Made by a program: the position numbers and the translations under genes
Virus record (IMG/VR): IMGVR_UViG_3300029258_002658
Strand: one strand, 5' to 3'
DNA: 60,176 nt
Source of the DNA: an uncultured virus (IMG/VR IMGVR_UViG_3300029258_002658)
Lineage: Duplodnaviria; Heunggongvirae; Uroviricota; Caudoviricetes
Shown here: piece after piece, positions 8,915-18,988 of the stretch
How the letters are laid out: the number at the start of each line of letters is the position of its first letter
How positions within the stretch are numbered: position 1 is the stretch's first letter
Notes under the pieces: model-generated
Seen by the model: the letters and a program-made list of their open reading frames with translations, nothing else
Databases searched by the model: none
What the model was told of the DNA's origin: nothing

Positions 8915-9154
8915 ATGTCCAATTCCACCCTTGTCCGCCGCCGCTGGTACTGGTTCGAGGGCGACGACGCCCCAGGGGCGTCCCACCCGGTCGATATCTT
9001 GGGGACGCCCGATGAGGCGTCCCTGCCGGACGACCTCAACAAAGCCGTGATGGTGATCGACGCCGACACGGTGGTTTCGATTCAATTCGACGGGTGCGGG
9101 GACCAGGTAGACGCCCTGGTCCCCGCGTGGGAGGGGCATGTCCGCATCAAGTAG
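8915..9154 (+). CDS. Small hypothetical protein
   Basis: 79 aa ORF with AAGG RBS. Confidence 0.6.
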   Translation: MSNSTLVRRRWYWFEGDDAPGASHPVDILGTPDEASLPDDLNKAVMVIDADTVVSIQFDGCGDQVDALVPAWEGHVRIK

Positions 9155-9170
9155 TAGTTTCGCACCTGGA

Positions 9171-9192
9171 ATCCCCGCCGCAAGGCGGGGAT
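9171..9192 (+). terminator. GNRA-capped hairpin
   Basis: ATCCCCGCC-GCAA-GGCGGGGAT perfect 9-bp stem; no U tract. Confidence 0.4.
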
Positions 9193-9378
9193 GGGGATTG
9201 GGAAGTGTCCCCCGATGGGGAGGTCAGCCCCGCTGGAAGCGAGTGCGAGGAGTGTGGGCTTCCCCGTGAAAGTACCGAAGAACGTCGATGCGGGTGGGAC
9301 GAGTACGACCAGCCGGTCCTACGGCTGCTCTGTGACGAATGTGTCCGTAAGGCTTAGGCCAGAAGAATAGGAGCAACC

Positions 9379-9756
9379 ATGAAGGTCTTAATGAAACGCA
9401 TGGCCAGTGGAACGTACGTCCACTCCGCTTCGGAGGGACAGTACGAGGTTACACGCAAAGATCGTGACCATTGGTTGGTTAGGCATTACGGTGAAGGGGG
9501 TGCTTCGACTCTCGCAGAGGTTTCGACTCTCGCAGCGGCAAGGACCAAGATTAGCGAGATCCTAGAGGCCGCAGAGGCGGAGCGTGTCGAGTCAGCTGGA
9601 TGGCACCGTTGCCCCGATTGCGGTTGGGTTGGCCGCAAGGGTCAATTACACCGCAACTGGGACGGGTACCCCCGCTCAGAACTGTCGCTGGCTGAGGATT
9701 CGCCACGCCCCAGCGGTGAGTGCCCTAAGTGCGTGGCGTTTACTTACCCCCTGTAA
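9379..9756 (+). CDS. Hypothetical protein with C-terminal Zn ribbon
   Basis: AGGAG RBS; CPDCGW...GECPKC. Confidence 0.65.
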   Translation: MKVLMKRMASGTYVHSASEGQYEVTRKDRDHWLVRHYGEGGASTLAEVSTLAAARTKISEILEAAEAERVESAGWHRCPDCGWVGRKGQLHRNWDGYPRSELSLAEDSPRPSGECPKCVAFTYPL

Positions 9757-9759
9757 ACA

Positions 9760-10194
9760 ATGTCCAGACCTAGGAAGAAACAACCCGAGTTGGATCCGGA
9801 GAAGTGCCTGGATTTCGGGCGTCACTACGGAGAGACCTGGGGCCGGGTGCCTGTGCGGTACCTGCACTGGATGGTCCAAGTGGGGCACACCCAACAGGAC
9901 CGTGCTGCAAAGGAACTGAAGCGCCGAGGGTCGGAGGAAGTGCCCGAACTAGATATCAGCAAACACGCTGTGGATCGGGCTAGCCTGCGACTCCTAAACG
10001 ACTGGCAGCAAACCCGGCGTTGGGACGAAGGCCTCTACTCGTGGCTCCTGCGGAAGGGCCTCGAAGCCCTGGAGAAGGGCGAGAAGGAAGACACCGGGAT
10101 CTACGTCTACGAAGGGGTCCAATGGGTGTTCCAGTCTCTCGACCTTGTGTGGCCTACCTTGAAAACCGTCATCAAGCGCGACAGGGAGGACTGA
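9760..10194 (+). CDS. DUF3820-like domain protein
   Basis: LDFGRHYGETWGRVPVRYLHW fits the FGKhkG..l.dvP..YL.W pattern; second segment ISKHAVDR. Confidence 0.6.
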   Translation: MSRPRKKQPELDPEKCLDFGRHYGETWGRVPVRYLHWMVQVGHTQQDRAAKELKRRGSEEVPELDISKHAVDRASLRLLNDWQQTRRWDEGLYSWLLRKGLEALEKGEKEDTGIYVYEGVQWVFQSLDLVWPTLKTVIKRDRED

Positions 10195-10256
10195 GATGTA
10201 TGTTCAACATACTCGACCCGAGAATCATCAAGGCCTCCCTACCTAGGAGGAAACCC

Positions 10257-10439
10257 ATGCCAGTCGAGTACACAGTCGAGGTTTGGGTCGAAGCTGAATC
10301 CCAGTGGGTGCCAGTTTCCCGGCACCAAACTTTCACACACGCAACACAACGGGCCGCTAGGGGCCGGGGCCATAAGTGTCGGATCAACCGTCTCGGTGGT
10401 GGAACTCCGGTCTATGGGTGGAACTGGAAACTGAACTGA
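10257..10439 (+). CDS. Small hypothetical protein
   Basis: AGGAGG RBS before MPVEYTVEVW. Confidence 0.55.
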   Translation: MPVEYTVEVWVEAESQWVPVSRHQTFTHATQRAARGRGHKCRINRLGGGTPVYGWNWKLN

Positions 10440-10466
10440 CGTGGCCTGGACGAAGGGGGAAAGCAA

Positions 10467-10736
10467 ATGACCACCGAACGATACACACTCTATGGAGCCT
10501 ACGGCGAACAAGAGACGCCGCTATCCCACTACGCCACTCTACGGGAGGCCGGTATCGGCTGGGCCAAGCTATCCTGGCACGAAACGGGAGGGGCGGGGGA
10601 GAATGCTGCTTGGATCCGTGACAACAAAACCGAGGAGGACGTTACGAGCCAAGCCCTTCAGACCGTCGCAGCGCAGGCCGAGAAGGTCGAAAACCTGCCC
10701 CCCTGGGCTCTGAAGCGGTTCGGTTTCGGTGCCTGA
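10467..10736 (+). CDS. Small hypothetical protein
   Basis: 89 aa ORF with RBS. Confidence 0.55.
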   Translation: MTTERYTLYGAYGEQETPLSHYATLREAGIGWAKLSWHETGGAGENAAWIRDNKTEEDVTSQALQTVAAQAEKVENLPPWALKRFGFGA

Positions 10737-10745
10737 TATTTAACG

Positions 10746-10829
10746 GCACGGTGATCTGCTTCATCGTGCTACGCAGCGAGGTGGCTGTCGGATCGGCCCA
10801 ATACCGACAGTCACCTCGTCAATTTGGCC
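10746..10829 (+). ncRNA. Tandem hairpin structured intergenic element
   Basis: 9-bp stem 10746-10769 and 15-bp stem 10777-10818. Confidence 0.45.
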
Positions 10830-10887
10830 TCCTCTTGTTGTGTACACCACAGTAAGGTTTAAGCCCCTTCGTCCTAGAGAGGCAGAT

Positions 10888-13800
10888 ATGCTCCTGAAAC
10901 TGCAATACGTCGATGAGATCCCGCCGAACATAAACGACGACGGCTACCGGTACGCATTCCTCATCGGACCTGGGGACAAGGCGCTTCTGGGCATCAAGTC
11001 CATGGCTCCGCTTTCGTTCTCCAAGGCTCGCGAAGACTCGCTCTCCGCAGGAGGGAGAGCCCAGAAGAAGGACGGCCTCATCATCGAGTTGCCGTTCCGA
11101 CCGGACTACTACGAAGCAAAGGAGCCGTACCCTGGGCAGCTGGAGCGTATGTCGCCAGGGAAATGGTACTGGGTGATGATCGCGGAGTCGTTCAAGAGCC
11201 CATCCCGGTCCCACCAGTTCGAGGGTAAGGGGATCAGAGGGGTGGTAAACCCTGTCTACCGTGCGGTGGGGATCTACCCGATTGTGGGGTCTGCGGACCT
11301 CAAGAAAACCATTGAAAGCGCCCAGCGTCTCCCTGCCATCGAGTTCAAACGCAACCCTGCGTTCTCGGAGAAGGCTACGTCGTTGATTGCTGCGCTTACT
11401 GGTGGGGATCCTTTCGATGAGGAGGAGCAAACGGAGCCCGTATCGTCAGTAGACACCCTGGTACGGATCTGGGGGGCGGTGCTGGGGTACTGCCACTCCT
11501 CTACGTTTTTGAAGCGAGGGGAAGAGTTAGCGACGGAAGGGAGGCTGAATCAGCCTAATCTCCAAGGTATGTATCGGCACTACTGCGAACTCGAAAAGGA
11601 CGAGTACGAGGCCCCGCTCCTTTCCTTGGTAGGCCACCTCTCGGATCCCGAGATGTACGGCTCGTTAGGGGCACTCCTCCCGTACGCAATGATCGCATGG
11701 CCTTACTCGTTCGTTGGGCCTTCTAGCAACCCTGGACTGGTATCCCCTAATACGCCGGGAGAGACCCTCTTCCCGTTCTGGGTCGTAGATCTGCTGGCCC
11801 GTGCGATGTTTCCGACGCCTCACGTTGAGGACCGCGTGTTGGCTGTGGTCCACGAAGCCATCTTGCACCTGGAGGGGCGCAACCACCGGGCCTTCAGTCC
11901 AAAGGGTGAACCAGGGCTTCGGTTCGATACCCAGGGGCCGATCCCTAGTGGATCTACGATGTTTCCCCGTAGCCTGATCTACGAGGCGATCCGGAGGCGG
12001 CACCAGGATCTGGGGGAACAGGGGCAGCAGGGGTCTGAGATGGAGATCTACATGGCGGGCTCAAAGACCCCGAGTCCCTACAAGGCCATATCCGGTTGGT
12101 TGGGTGTTCCGTTGGACCCAATACCACTACGGAACCCAGGGGCACCGGCTAAACAGGGGTATCTGTCTGTAGACCATGCTGTATCGAAACTCTGTGAACG
12201 AGTGGAGAGCGTTGCGGCTTCGACTAGCCCTGAGCCGTGGTACACGCTACAGACACGAGTGAACGCTGCTAAGGAGATCATCGGCCTCCTGCGAACACAG
12301 GAGGATCTGTACGCTCCTGATATCCTCCCTGTGGATCCGCCTGAGGATGATGGGAGTACCCCTGACCGTGTCCTGTCCCCTTCGCAGGGGGCCGCTTCGA
12401 GGATGGTGATTCGATGGAGGATCTCCTGCGTCACTGGTGATCCAGGGTCCGGAAAGAGCCACCTCCTCAAGGAGTTCAAGAGGTTCGCCCTTGAGTTGGA
12501 GCAGGCCGAGCCTACGTGTCTCTTGGTATTAACTCCTACGAACCGGGCGGCATCGCGTGTCGCGAGTCTCCTCGACGCTGATGACGATCTTCTCAACCCC
12601 GTCTTCCTGTTCACCACGTCTGAGCCGAAGAAAGACGAGGATAAACCCCCTCGACTTCCACGTAACTACGCGGTCCTGAACGAAGATGGTCAGGTAGTCG
12701 AAGGAGCCCCGGAAGAGGATGCTCACGAAATGCTGACCTTCACTGTCGGCGTGGGTACCCTCGACTCTTTCTTCCACAAGTTCCACTCTTCCGAAAGGTT
12801 CCGCGAGGCCATCCTCTATCGGAAGGTGCTGGTCGCCATCGATGAGACCTCGATGGTCACCGCTGAGAAGGTGGTTCGCGCCCTGGCATTGTTCCGGGAC
12901 GAAGAGGAAGAGCAGGAGAGGGTCTTCCTAAGCCAGCGAGTGCGCCGAGTGATCTTCCTAGGTGACCCTTCGCAGCTGGAATCAGTCGAACCGGGCAACT
13001 TCTTCTACGATATCTTGCGGACGTTCCCTATCACATACCTGGGAGAGCAGTTCCGTTACGACGGCAGGTTGGCTCATCTGTTTGGATTGGTGCGGTCGGG
13101 CATGACCTTCGCACAGGCGAGGAACGATACATCCCACTTGCTCCTGGAAGCCGCAGGGCTGACGGCTACTACCGGCGAGGATCCTAACCTGCGGGTTTAC
13201 ATGGTAGATGATCTGCCTCTGACGGACATGGCTCCGCCGGGGTTCCGCCGACCAGACGAAAAGGACTATTGGAATCGCTTCCTCCTGCGGACCGAAGAGT
13301 CCATCCGGACCACGATCTTTCGGGAGGTTATGGACTGGTCACGGGTTCATCTGGAGAACGGTGGGTCTTTCCCTCGAAGAGCGGTGCGGGGCTCGGCCAG
13401 GGAGTTCAGCCAAGGGACGCGGGACTACCAGCGGTTCTCGAAGGCCGCTGTCCAGCCCGTACTGCCTTTTCGTATTGTAACCATGGTTAGGACTCCGCAA
13501 TCCGAGTCAGGCCGGACCTTTTACCTCTCCTCCTCCACCCGCGTGAATGGGTGGTTCCACGACGTTCTGCTGGGGAGGCTTGTACCGGACGACCCGAACT
13601 TCGAGCCTGTTCCAGGGATGGAGTTGAACCCTACTCTGAAGCACTTTGGCAGTAAGCGGTACTGGAACCAGGGGGTAGAGAGACCGGACTATAGCGCCGA
13701 CTACGAGCGAGAGTGGCAACGGGGTAGGGAGTATGCGCGAATGTTTCTGTTCAACAACAGGCCTCGCGATATCTGGCTCTCCCCCAACTGGCCTTACCTT

Positions 13801-14391
13801 GTTAAAGGCAACGACTTCCGCCGGTACGGTGTCCTGCGAGGTGAGGTGATCTACTACCGCAGCACCAGCTGGTCCTCGCGTCGAAGGGTACACCTTCACG
13901 AGTTCGAATCGGAGATGGGAGTCCGTTTCGCTATCCCACCGCGTAACGTTACCCCTCGTCACTTGCAGTATGGGTGGGCCGTGAACGTCCATCAGGTCCA
14001 GGGTCTTGAGTATCCCCTGGTCATCGTACTCTGGTTCTCGGGGATCTCTCCCAACTCGATCCGAGCATCTTGGAACGCGATCCGGCCTACACACGGGGTC
14101 ACCGACCCGCTACCGGTAGGCTGGCAACCAGGGTACATCCGGGGTGAAGAGGCTTCCCTCGATGAACGACTAAGCATCCGCGCTCTTTACACCGGAATCA
14201 CTCGAACGATTACTTCTCCCACTCAAGGCGTACGTACAGGGAACACACGGTCCCCACAGCGGATGCAGCCTGGGAGGTGTGTCATCATCGCCGGGAAACA
14301 CGCTCTCCGAAGGTACCTCGGTCTTCAGGTCTTCGAGCGGGTTACTCCGTTCACATCGCTGATGGTCTCAGAACTCGAACGTCTGATGTAA
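10888..14391 (+). CDS. RecD2-like SF1B helicase
   Basis: Walker A TGDPGSGKS; IDETSMV; LGDPSQLESV; YGWAVNVHQVQGLEY; LYTGITR; start placed at ATG 10888 after GAGG. Confidence 0.85.
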   Translation: MLLKLQYVDEIPPNINDDGYRYAFLIGPGDKALLGIKSMAPLSFSKAREDSLSAGGRAQKKDGLIIELPFRPDYYEAKEPYPGQLERMSPGKWYWVMIAESFKSPSRSHQFEGKGIRGVVNPVYRAVGIYPIVGSADLKKTIESAQRLPAIEFKRNPAFSEKATSLIAALTGGDPFDEEEQTEPVSSVDTLVRIWGAVLGYCHSSTFLKRGEELATEGRLNQPNLQGMYRHYCELEKDEYEAPLLSLVGHLSDPEMYGSLGALLPYAMIAWPYSFVGPSSNPGLVSPNTPGETLFPFWVVDLLARAMFPTPHVEDRVLAVVHEAILHLEGRNHRAFSPKGEPGLRFDTQGPIPSGSTMFPRSLIYEAIRRRHQDLGEQGQQGSEMEIYMAGSKTPSPYKAISGWLGVPLDPIPLRNPGAPAKQGYLSVDHAVSKLCERVESVAASTSPEPWYTLQTRVNAAKEIIGLLRTQEDLYAPDILPVDPPEDDGSTPDRVLSPSQGAASRMVIRWRISCVTGDPGSGKSHLLKEFKRFALELEQAEPTCLLVLTPTNRAASRVASLLDADDDLLNPVFLFTTSEPKKDEDKPPRLPRNYAVLNEDGQVVEGAPEEDAHEMLTFTVGVGTLDSFFHKFHSSERFREAILYRKVLVAIDETSMVTAEKVVRALALFRDEEEEQERVFLSQRVRRVIFLGDPSQLESVEPGNFFYDILRTFPITYLGEQFRYDGRLAHLFGLVRSGMTFAQARNDTSHLLLEAAGLTATTGEDPNLRVYMVDDLPLTDMAPPGFRRPDEKDYWNRFLLRTEESIRTTIFREVMDWSRVHLENGGSFPRRAVRGSAREFSQGTRDYQRFSKAAVQPVLPFRIVTMVRTPQSESGRTFYLSSSTRVNGWFHDVLLGRLVPDDPNFEPVPGMELNPTLKHFGSKRYWNQGVERPDYSADYEREWQRGREYARMFLFNNRPRDIWLSPNWPYLVKGNDFRRYGVLRGEVIYYRSTSWSSRRRVHLHEFESEMGVRFAIPPRNVTPRHLQYGWAVNVHQVQGLEYPLVIVLWFSGISPNSIRASWNAIRPTHGVTDPLPVGWQPGYIRGEEASLDERLSIRALYTGITRTITSPTQGVRTGNTRSPQRMQPGRCVIIAGKHALRRYLGLQVFERVTPFTSLMVSELERLM

Positions 14392-15239
14392 TGGGCGATC
14401 CTTTCAACCCTCTCCAATACGCTGCTAAAACCTTCGTCCAGGCGAGGTCTGCTCAGTTTTGGGAGTACTGGAAAGGACGGGGTTTCGGGCCGCAAGAGTT
14501 GGATCTGTATTCCATAGGCTATAGTCCTCGGTGGTCGGTATTAACTTCGTTGCAACGCTTAGTAGATCCGATGGTCCAGTGCCAACTCGTTCGCTCGGAA
14601 GGGGGACGGTTGGTTCCGTACGCACCCCACGCGACTACCTTCCCGGTTTGGGATGCAAAGGGACAGCCTATAGGTTTCGTGTTCCGGTCCTTTGAAACAG
14701 AAGGGAAGAGGTACTACGCGCTGCCTTCCTCCAAACACCGGATCCCGTACGCTCCGGGTAGGGTTTTGACGCCACCGTTCTTGGGTCTCCCTAACGATCT
14801 CACTGCGCGGAGGGTGGTCTTGGTAGAAGGCCCTGTGGACATGCTTCGTGCTAAGCAGGCCGCGCTCCCTCCCACTGTCGCTTCTCTGGGGCAGATCGAT
14901 GAACGCCACTTCTTCGATTTACTTCAAGGTAGGCACCTATACTTGATGACCGACTGGGATATAGGGGGCCTCCGGGTGGCGTACTACCTCACGGCGAAGT
15001 TCCTTAGTTGGAAGAAGCAGACCCGCAACCCCGGCAACCTTACGGTGATCCACTCCCCAGATCATTGGGGCCAAGATCCTGGGGATCTAACTCCAGGCGA
15101 ACTCCGCAAGGTCTTCCACGGATGCCAGTTCACCCCGTTGACCTTCCTAGATGAGGTGGTCCGTAAGGGTCTGGACCCTAGCGATCCGTGGCAACAGAGG
15201 TTGTACCGCACCCAAGTCCTGGGCAAGACCGAACCCTGA
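14391..15239 (+). CDS. DnaG-type primase (TOPRIM core, no Zn-binding domain seen)
   Basis: FPVWDAKGQPIGFVFR; VVLVEGPVDML; LMTDWDIGG; QDPGD; TAATG coupling to the helicase gene. Confidence 0.8.
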   Translation: MGDPFNPLQYAAKTFVQARSAQFWEYWKGRGFGPQELDLYSIGYSPRWSVLTSLQRLVDPMVQCQLVRSEGGRLVPYAPHATTFPVWDAKGQPIGFVFRSFETEGKRYYALPSSKHRIPYAPGRVLTPPFLGLPNDLTARRVVLVEGPVDMLRAKQAALPPTVASLGQIDERHFFDLLQGRHLYLMTDWDIGGLRVAYYLTAKFLSWKKQTRNPGNLTVIHSPDHWGQDPGDLTPGELRKVFHGCQFTPLTFLDEVVRKGLDPSDPWQQRLYRTQVLGKTEP

Positions 15240-15263
15240 AACTGAAAAAGTTTTGCAGTTTTG
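15234..15263. repeat. AT-rich palindrome, copy 1
   Basis: CCCTGAAACTGAAAAAGTTTTGCAGTTTTG overlapping the primase stop codon. Confidence 0.85.
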
Positions 15264-15270
15264 CCCTACG

Positions 15271-15299
15271 AAAAGAGGCCACCGAGGTGGCCCCTTTTG
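15271..15299. terminator. Bidirectional terminator between convergent genes
   Basis: AAAAGAGGCCACC-GA-GGTGGCCCCTTTT. Confidence 0.7.
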
Positions 15300-15327
15300 T
15301 TCCTAGTGCATAGGTGGCAAGCGATTC

Positions 15328-15885
15328 CTACTCGTCGTCGCCCTCGTCGCCCTCTTCGTCTTCCTCGTCGGCACTCTCATCGTCATCATCGTCAGTCCCT
15401 TCGCCGCCATCTTCGCCGTCATCTTCCTCTTCATCGAGGCCCACAAACCCCTCCAACCCATGGGCGTAGGCGAAGATGTTCAGGGCCTCCTCGACAGCGT
15501 TGACCAGGGTGACCTGCCGGATCTCATCCGCCGCCTCCTCTTCGGACTCTGCTTGAGTGCTGCCTAGCCGGTCGTCCAAGGGGATCGACACGAACTCGCC
15601 CCACTTCACTTTCTCCGGGCACCACTGGCTGAGGGTCAGCAGGCCGCTCGGCTCTTCGCGGCTGCCATTCCCCTGGGCCTTGAGAATCAATGGTCCCCTT
15701 CCAAAGGTCCCGGAGTCCAGGTCCAGTTGGTCCTGGCCCGTCACCTCCATACGAATGATCTGGGTGAACGCGAACGGCTCTCCTAGTGCCGTCTCCTCGT
15801 TGTGAGGTGTGTACTCGCTATAGACGACACTCACCTCGGCCACAGGTTGTTCGGGATGCTCACGGTCGTTGTCTTCGGTTCCCAT
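15328..15885 (-). CDS. Acidic hypothetical protein
   Basis: 185 aa; D/E-rich tail; AAAGGTG RBS. Confidence 0.65.
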   Translation of the reverse strand: MGTEDNDREHPEQPVAEVSVVYSEYTPHNEETALGEPFAFTQIIRMEVTGQDQLDLDSGTFGRGPLILKAQGNGSREEPSGLLTLSQWCPEKVKWGEFVSIPLDDRLGSTQAESEEEAADEIRQVTLVNAVEEALNIFAYAHGLEGFVGLDEEEDDGEDGGEGTDDDDDESADEEDEEGDEGDDE

Positions 15886-15917
15886 ATCACCTTTCCTGGT
15901 AGTAGGGCTATCCCTAT

Positions 15918-16670
15918 CTACAGTGATTCTTCGTCACCATCCACCCCTGGGTCCTCTTCCTCGCCCCCGTCTGCTTCTCTAGGCTCGCGGAAGAGGTCTG
16001 GAAGGAGGACTTGCTCCAAGTGGAGATTGTCGCGGGTGAGGGCCTCGCGGTAGGACTCCGGTGCCCCAACAGGAGGGGGTTCTAAAGGGAGTCGGATTCT
16101 GCACTGTCGGACGATGAATGCGAGCGGGTCGTCCAGACCTACCTCGATCCGGATCTCAGATCGGATTCCTTCGGTGATAATCATCATGGTGGTCGCCAAG
16201 GACGCGACGAGGCCGTCACCTGGAGGTGTAGCTCGTCCCATCAGCGACTCGGCAACCAATCCAAGGGGGTCCACGGGGGAGTACCTCTTGGTGATGATCG
16301 TTCCCCACTCCACCTGGGCTAGTGGCCATGGCCAAGTCTTCAGATAGGCTTGGCGTACGGCGTCTACTTCCTGTTCCAACAACGAATCGCGTTCGAGGGA
16401 ATTGGAAGTGATCTCCATGATCCGAAGGGCATCGCCTCCGGCCTCGACAGCGATCCGCAGTGGGGTATCACCACGCCGCTCGACGGTCACGCCGCTGGAG
16501 TGGCTGTATGCCGAGTCGAACTTGATCCCCTCGGAGATCAGGGCCTTCGCGAAGTCGGAAGTCCCTGGTTCGGACTCCTCTGGGGGGATTGTGTTGCGGG
16601 TCTTGCGGAGCATGAACGTGAGGCCGATCCCTGCTTCCAACGTTCGCCCAGTTTCAATCCAGGTCGTCAT
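15918..16670 (-). CDS. Hypothetical protein
   Basis: 250 aa; GGAG RBS; operon-like tiling. Confidence 0.65.
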   Translation of the reverse strand: MTTWIETGRTLEAGIGLTFMLRKTRNTIPPEESEPGTSDFAKALISEGIKFDSAYSHSSGVTVERRGDTPLRIAVEAGGDALRIMEITSNSLERDSLLEQEVDAVRQAYLKTWPWPLAQVEWGTIITKRYSPVDPLGLVAESLMGRATPPGDGLVASLATTMMIITEGIRSEIRIEVGLDDPLAFIVRQCRIRLPLEPPPVGAPESYREALTRDNLHLEQVLLPDLFREPREADGGEEEDPGVDGDEESL

Positions 16671-16682
16671 CAGGGCTCCCCG

Positions 16683-17957
16683 TTACTCGGGTTGAGGTCC
16701 GGTTGCGGTGTCTTCCAAGGGCTGGGCTTCCTCTCCTTTCGCGTGAGCCGCCGCCTTCTGCTGTCGAAGGACATCGATCACAGCCTCAGCCTCAGTGGAG
16801 AGTTCGATGGTCAGCGGCGAGTTGGTCTTAGCTGCGAACTGCTCCGCAGCGGATTCCAGAGCGTCGATCTCGCTGTTGAGCATGTCGATAAAGCGGCTGG
16901 TATTCGCCACTGCTCTGGATGCCCGCTGGTGTAGGGCCGATACCGAGTTGGCATCGATCACGGTCCCGATGGCATCCTCGACCCCGGCGTAGATCGTAGG
17001 TGCGTCGATCTCGGCCTGTAGGTTGGTACGAGCCTGCTCTTCCAGGAAGCCCAGCTGAGTCGTCTGGAAGATGGACGGCTTGTCGAGCATTCGCTGCGCC
17101 GTCTGGCGGCGATACTCTTGAACCGTCGCCCGGATCTCGGTTTGAGGCGGTGCCGTCTCCGGCTCCGCGAGGCGATTGGACAGAACCGTCTTCGGCTGGA
17201 GCGTAGGGTGCAAAGAGGCTCCCCCCTCCTGTTGGGCTACTGAAGATTTTGACTTGGTCCCAACAGGTGCAGGGTGTGTACCGACTACCACCGAAGAAGG
17301 GGTTACGAGCGGATCGGTCTGAAGGAAGCTGCCTTGGTGGTACCGGACAAAGGCGACCACTTCGTCATCCAGGCGGGTGTTCATGGTGCGGTAGGCCCAC
17401 TCCGGTGCCCCCATTACCATGAGATCGAGGTCTTGGATAGCCTGCGCCTTTTCGTTCGGATGCGAGGACCCTTCGCCATAGTCCGTAGCGAGGATCAGGC
17501 GCATGGCCTCGTGAACCACACCGTTGATACCTCCTTCCTGGTGTTTGAAGGGTTCCATAACCTCCATTGGGATCCCATCCATAGCAGGCAAGAAGATAAC
17601 CTTCAGCAGGTCGGCGCTCCGTCGCTCGTTTTCGTCGCTGCCAGGGACGTAGATCGCATCGTGAAAGAGGATCGCGAGGCGGTCCGCAGCCCTCAGCGGA
17701 ATGCCGTAGATGCTCGCTGCCTGGAACATTGCTACGACGTGGAGGTAGTTGTGATAGAACCGCCACTGCTCGGTTAGTAGCGGCCACAGGATGCCGTAGA
17801 TCTGCGAGACAAGGCCCGCAGGGGCACCGATGATGTTCATAGTGACGGTGAAGTACTGGTGGAACAGCATCTTGTAGCCGTCCAGGGTGAGCGGCGGTGC
17901 TGTCCTGGGATCCACCGGCACCAAATACTGTGTGCCGCGTTGCCAGTTTTCTTCCAT
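16683..17957 (-). CDS. HD-superfamily metal-dependent phosphohydrolase with C-terminal coiled region
   Basis: RFYHNYLHV...LAILFHDAIY...ENERRSA...LILAT...DLDL. Confidence 0.75.
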   Translation of the reverse strand: MEENWQRGTQYLVPVDPRTAPPLTLDGYKMLFHQYFTVTMNIIGAPAGLVSQIYGILWPLLTEQWRFYHNYLHVVAMFQAASIYGIPLRAADRLAILFHDAIYVPGSDENERRSADLLKVIFLPAMDGIPMEVMEPFKHQEGGINGVVHEAMRLILATDYGEGSSHPNEKAQAIQDLDLMVMGAPEWAYRTMNTRLDDEVVAFVRYHQGSFLQTDPLVTPSSVVVGTHPAPVGTKSKSSVAQQEGGASLHPTLQPKTVLSNRLAEPETAPPQTEIRATVQEYRRQTAQRMLDKPSIFQTTQLGFLEEQARTNLQAEIDAPTIYAGVEDAIGTVIDANSVSALHQRASRAVANTSRFIDMLNSEIDALESAAEQFAAKTNSPLTIELSTEAEAVIDVLRQQKAAAHAKGEEAQPLEDTATGPQPE

Positions 17958-17996
17958 GGGTTAGATCTCCGATGGGTATGAGTGGACGTTTCGGAC

Positions 17997-18323
17997 CTAC
18001 TGGGCCTCCCCGTTCTGCCAGGGCCGGAAGTCAATGACCCGCAACTCGGGGTTGTCTGGATCCATCAGGGCTTCCTGGACACTGTCGAGGCACACGAGGG
18101 CCGAATCCATGGTCGGGAACGGGATGGCCTCGGGCTGGGGCATTCCGGGCATGTAGTACCCCAGCACGAAGGTACCGTCAGGGTACCCTTTGACATCGAA
18201 GTGGACGGGGAGCATGATCGGTAGCAAGGCATCCTGAACCCCAGGTTGCGTCTGCTCTTCGGGAACGCCAGGACGCGGGGCCTGCATGGGCGGTACTTGC
18301 TTCTCGAAACGGATATACGGCAT
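17997..18323 (-). CDS. Pro-rich hypothetical protein
   Basis: AGGAG RBS before MPYIRFEK. Confidence 0.6.
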   Translation of the reverse strand: MPYIRFEKQVPPMQAPRPGVPEEQTQPGVQDALLPIMLPVHFDVKGYPDGTFVLGYYMPGMPQPEAIPFPTMDSALVCLDSVQEALMDPDNPELRVIDFRPWQNGEAQ

Positions 18324-18353
18324 GGTTCTCTCCTGAGGTACGGGACGGGGGAT

Positions 18354-18369
18354 TTTGTTTAGTGGTGTA
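18354..18369 (-). promoter_or_regulatory. Promoter-like motif copy (minus strand)
   Basis: Reverse complement TACACCACTAAACAAA, upstream of the minus-strand operon. Confidence 0.6.
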
Positions 18370-18484
18370 GTGCAGGTACGGGATCTTGCCATGCCCCTCC
18401 CCCACTGTCACCATTCTTTGGTTAGTGGTATGCTTTGTCGTCGTCTTGGCCCTCTTTGGGTCGTCACAGCACGGAGGTCGTGAC

Positions 18485-18988
18485 ATGAGCGAGAGCAAGC
18501 ATTGGGCGTACTACGTCTTCTGGATCCCGGTCAAGTTCGTTCTGTTGGTAGCGGTCGTCTCGGCGGTCGCTGCTGGTTGCATGGGGCTTACCATGGTCCT
18601 GTGGAATGACATCGGCCCGAAGATGATGGCCGGTGAAAGCCTCGGTCCCATCGGGGCAGCGAAGCTGTTCCTGTTGGCGTGGTTCTTGGTAGCCCTACCG
18701 TCGTACCTCGTCATCAACGCCGGTAGCCGCCGCCTCAACCTCCCGGAACGGATTGCGCGGGTCAAAGACGTGGTCATCGGGAAGAAGAAAACCAACGAGG
18801 ATGGCACCCCAGCGAAGGCGGATCCCAACGTCATCGCTGTCCCGGAACTGAAAATGCCACAGTTGCAGATGCCGAAGACCACTCAACCTCGGTCTTCGAG
18901 TGACAATGGCAATGGGGAGAATACCCCGGCAGCCCCAGCTGAAACCGCCCCGCCGAAGCGGTCTGTGAAAATGCCGCTCGGTAGGTGA
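18485..18988 (+). CDS. Membrane protein (2 TM) with Pro-rich tail
   Basis: GGAGG RBS before MSESKHW; two hydrophobic helices. Confidence 0.7.
   Translation: MSESKHWAYYVFWIPVKFVLLVAVVSAVAAGCMGLTMVLWNDIGPKMMAGESLGPIGAAKLFLLAWFLVALPSYLVINAGSRRLNLPERIARVKDVVIGKKKTNEDGTPAKADPNVIAVPELKMPQLQMPKTTQPRSSSDNGNGENTPAAPAETAPPKRSVKMPLGR

Noticed and set aside
9094..9357. 87-aa ORF with two CxxC motifs
   Set aside because: The Zn-finger-like 3' part may be real, but the start overlaps the previous gene and a hairpin and has no clear RBS, so its boundaries cannot be supported.
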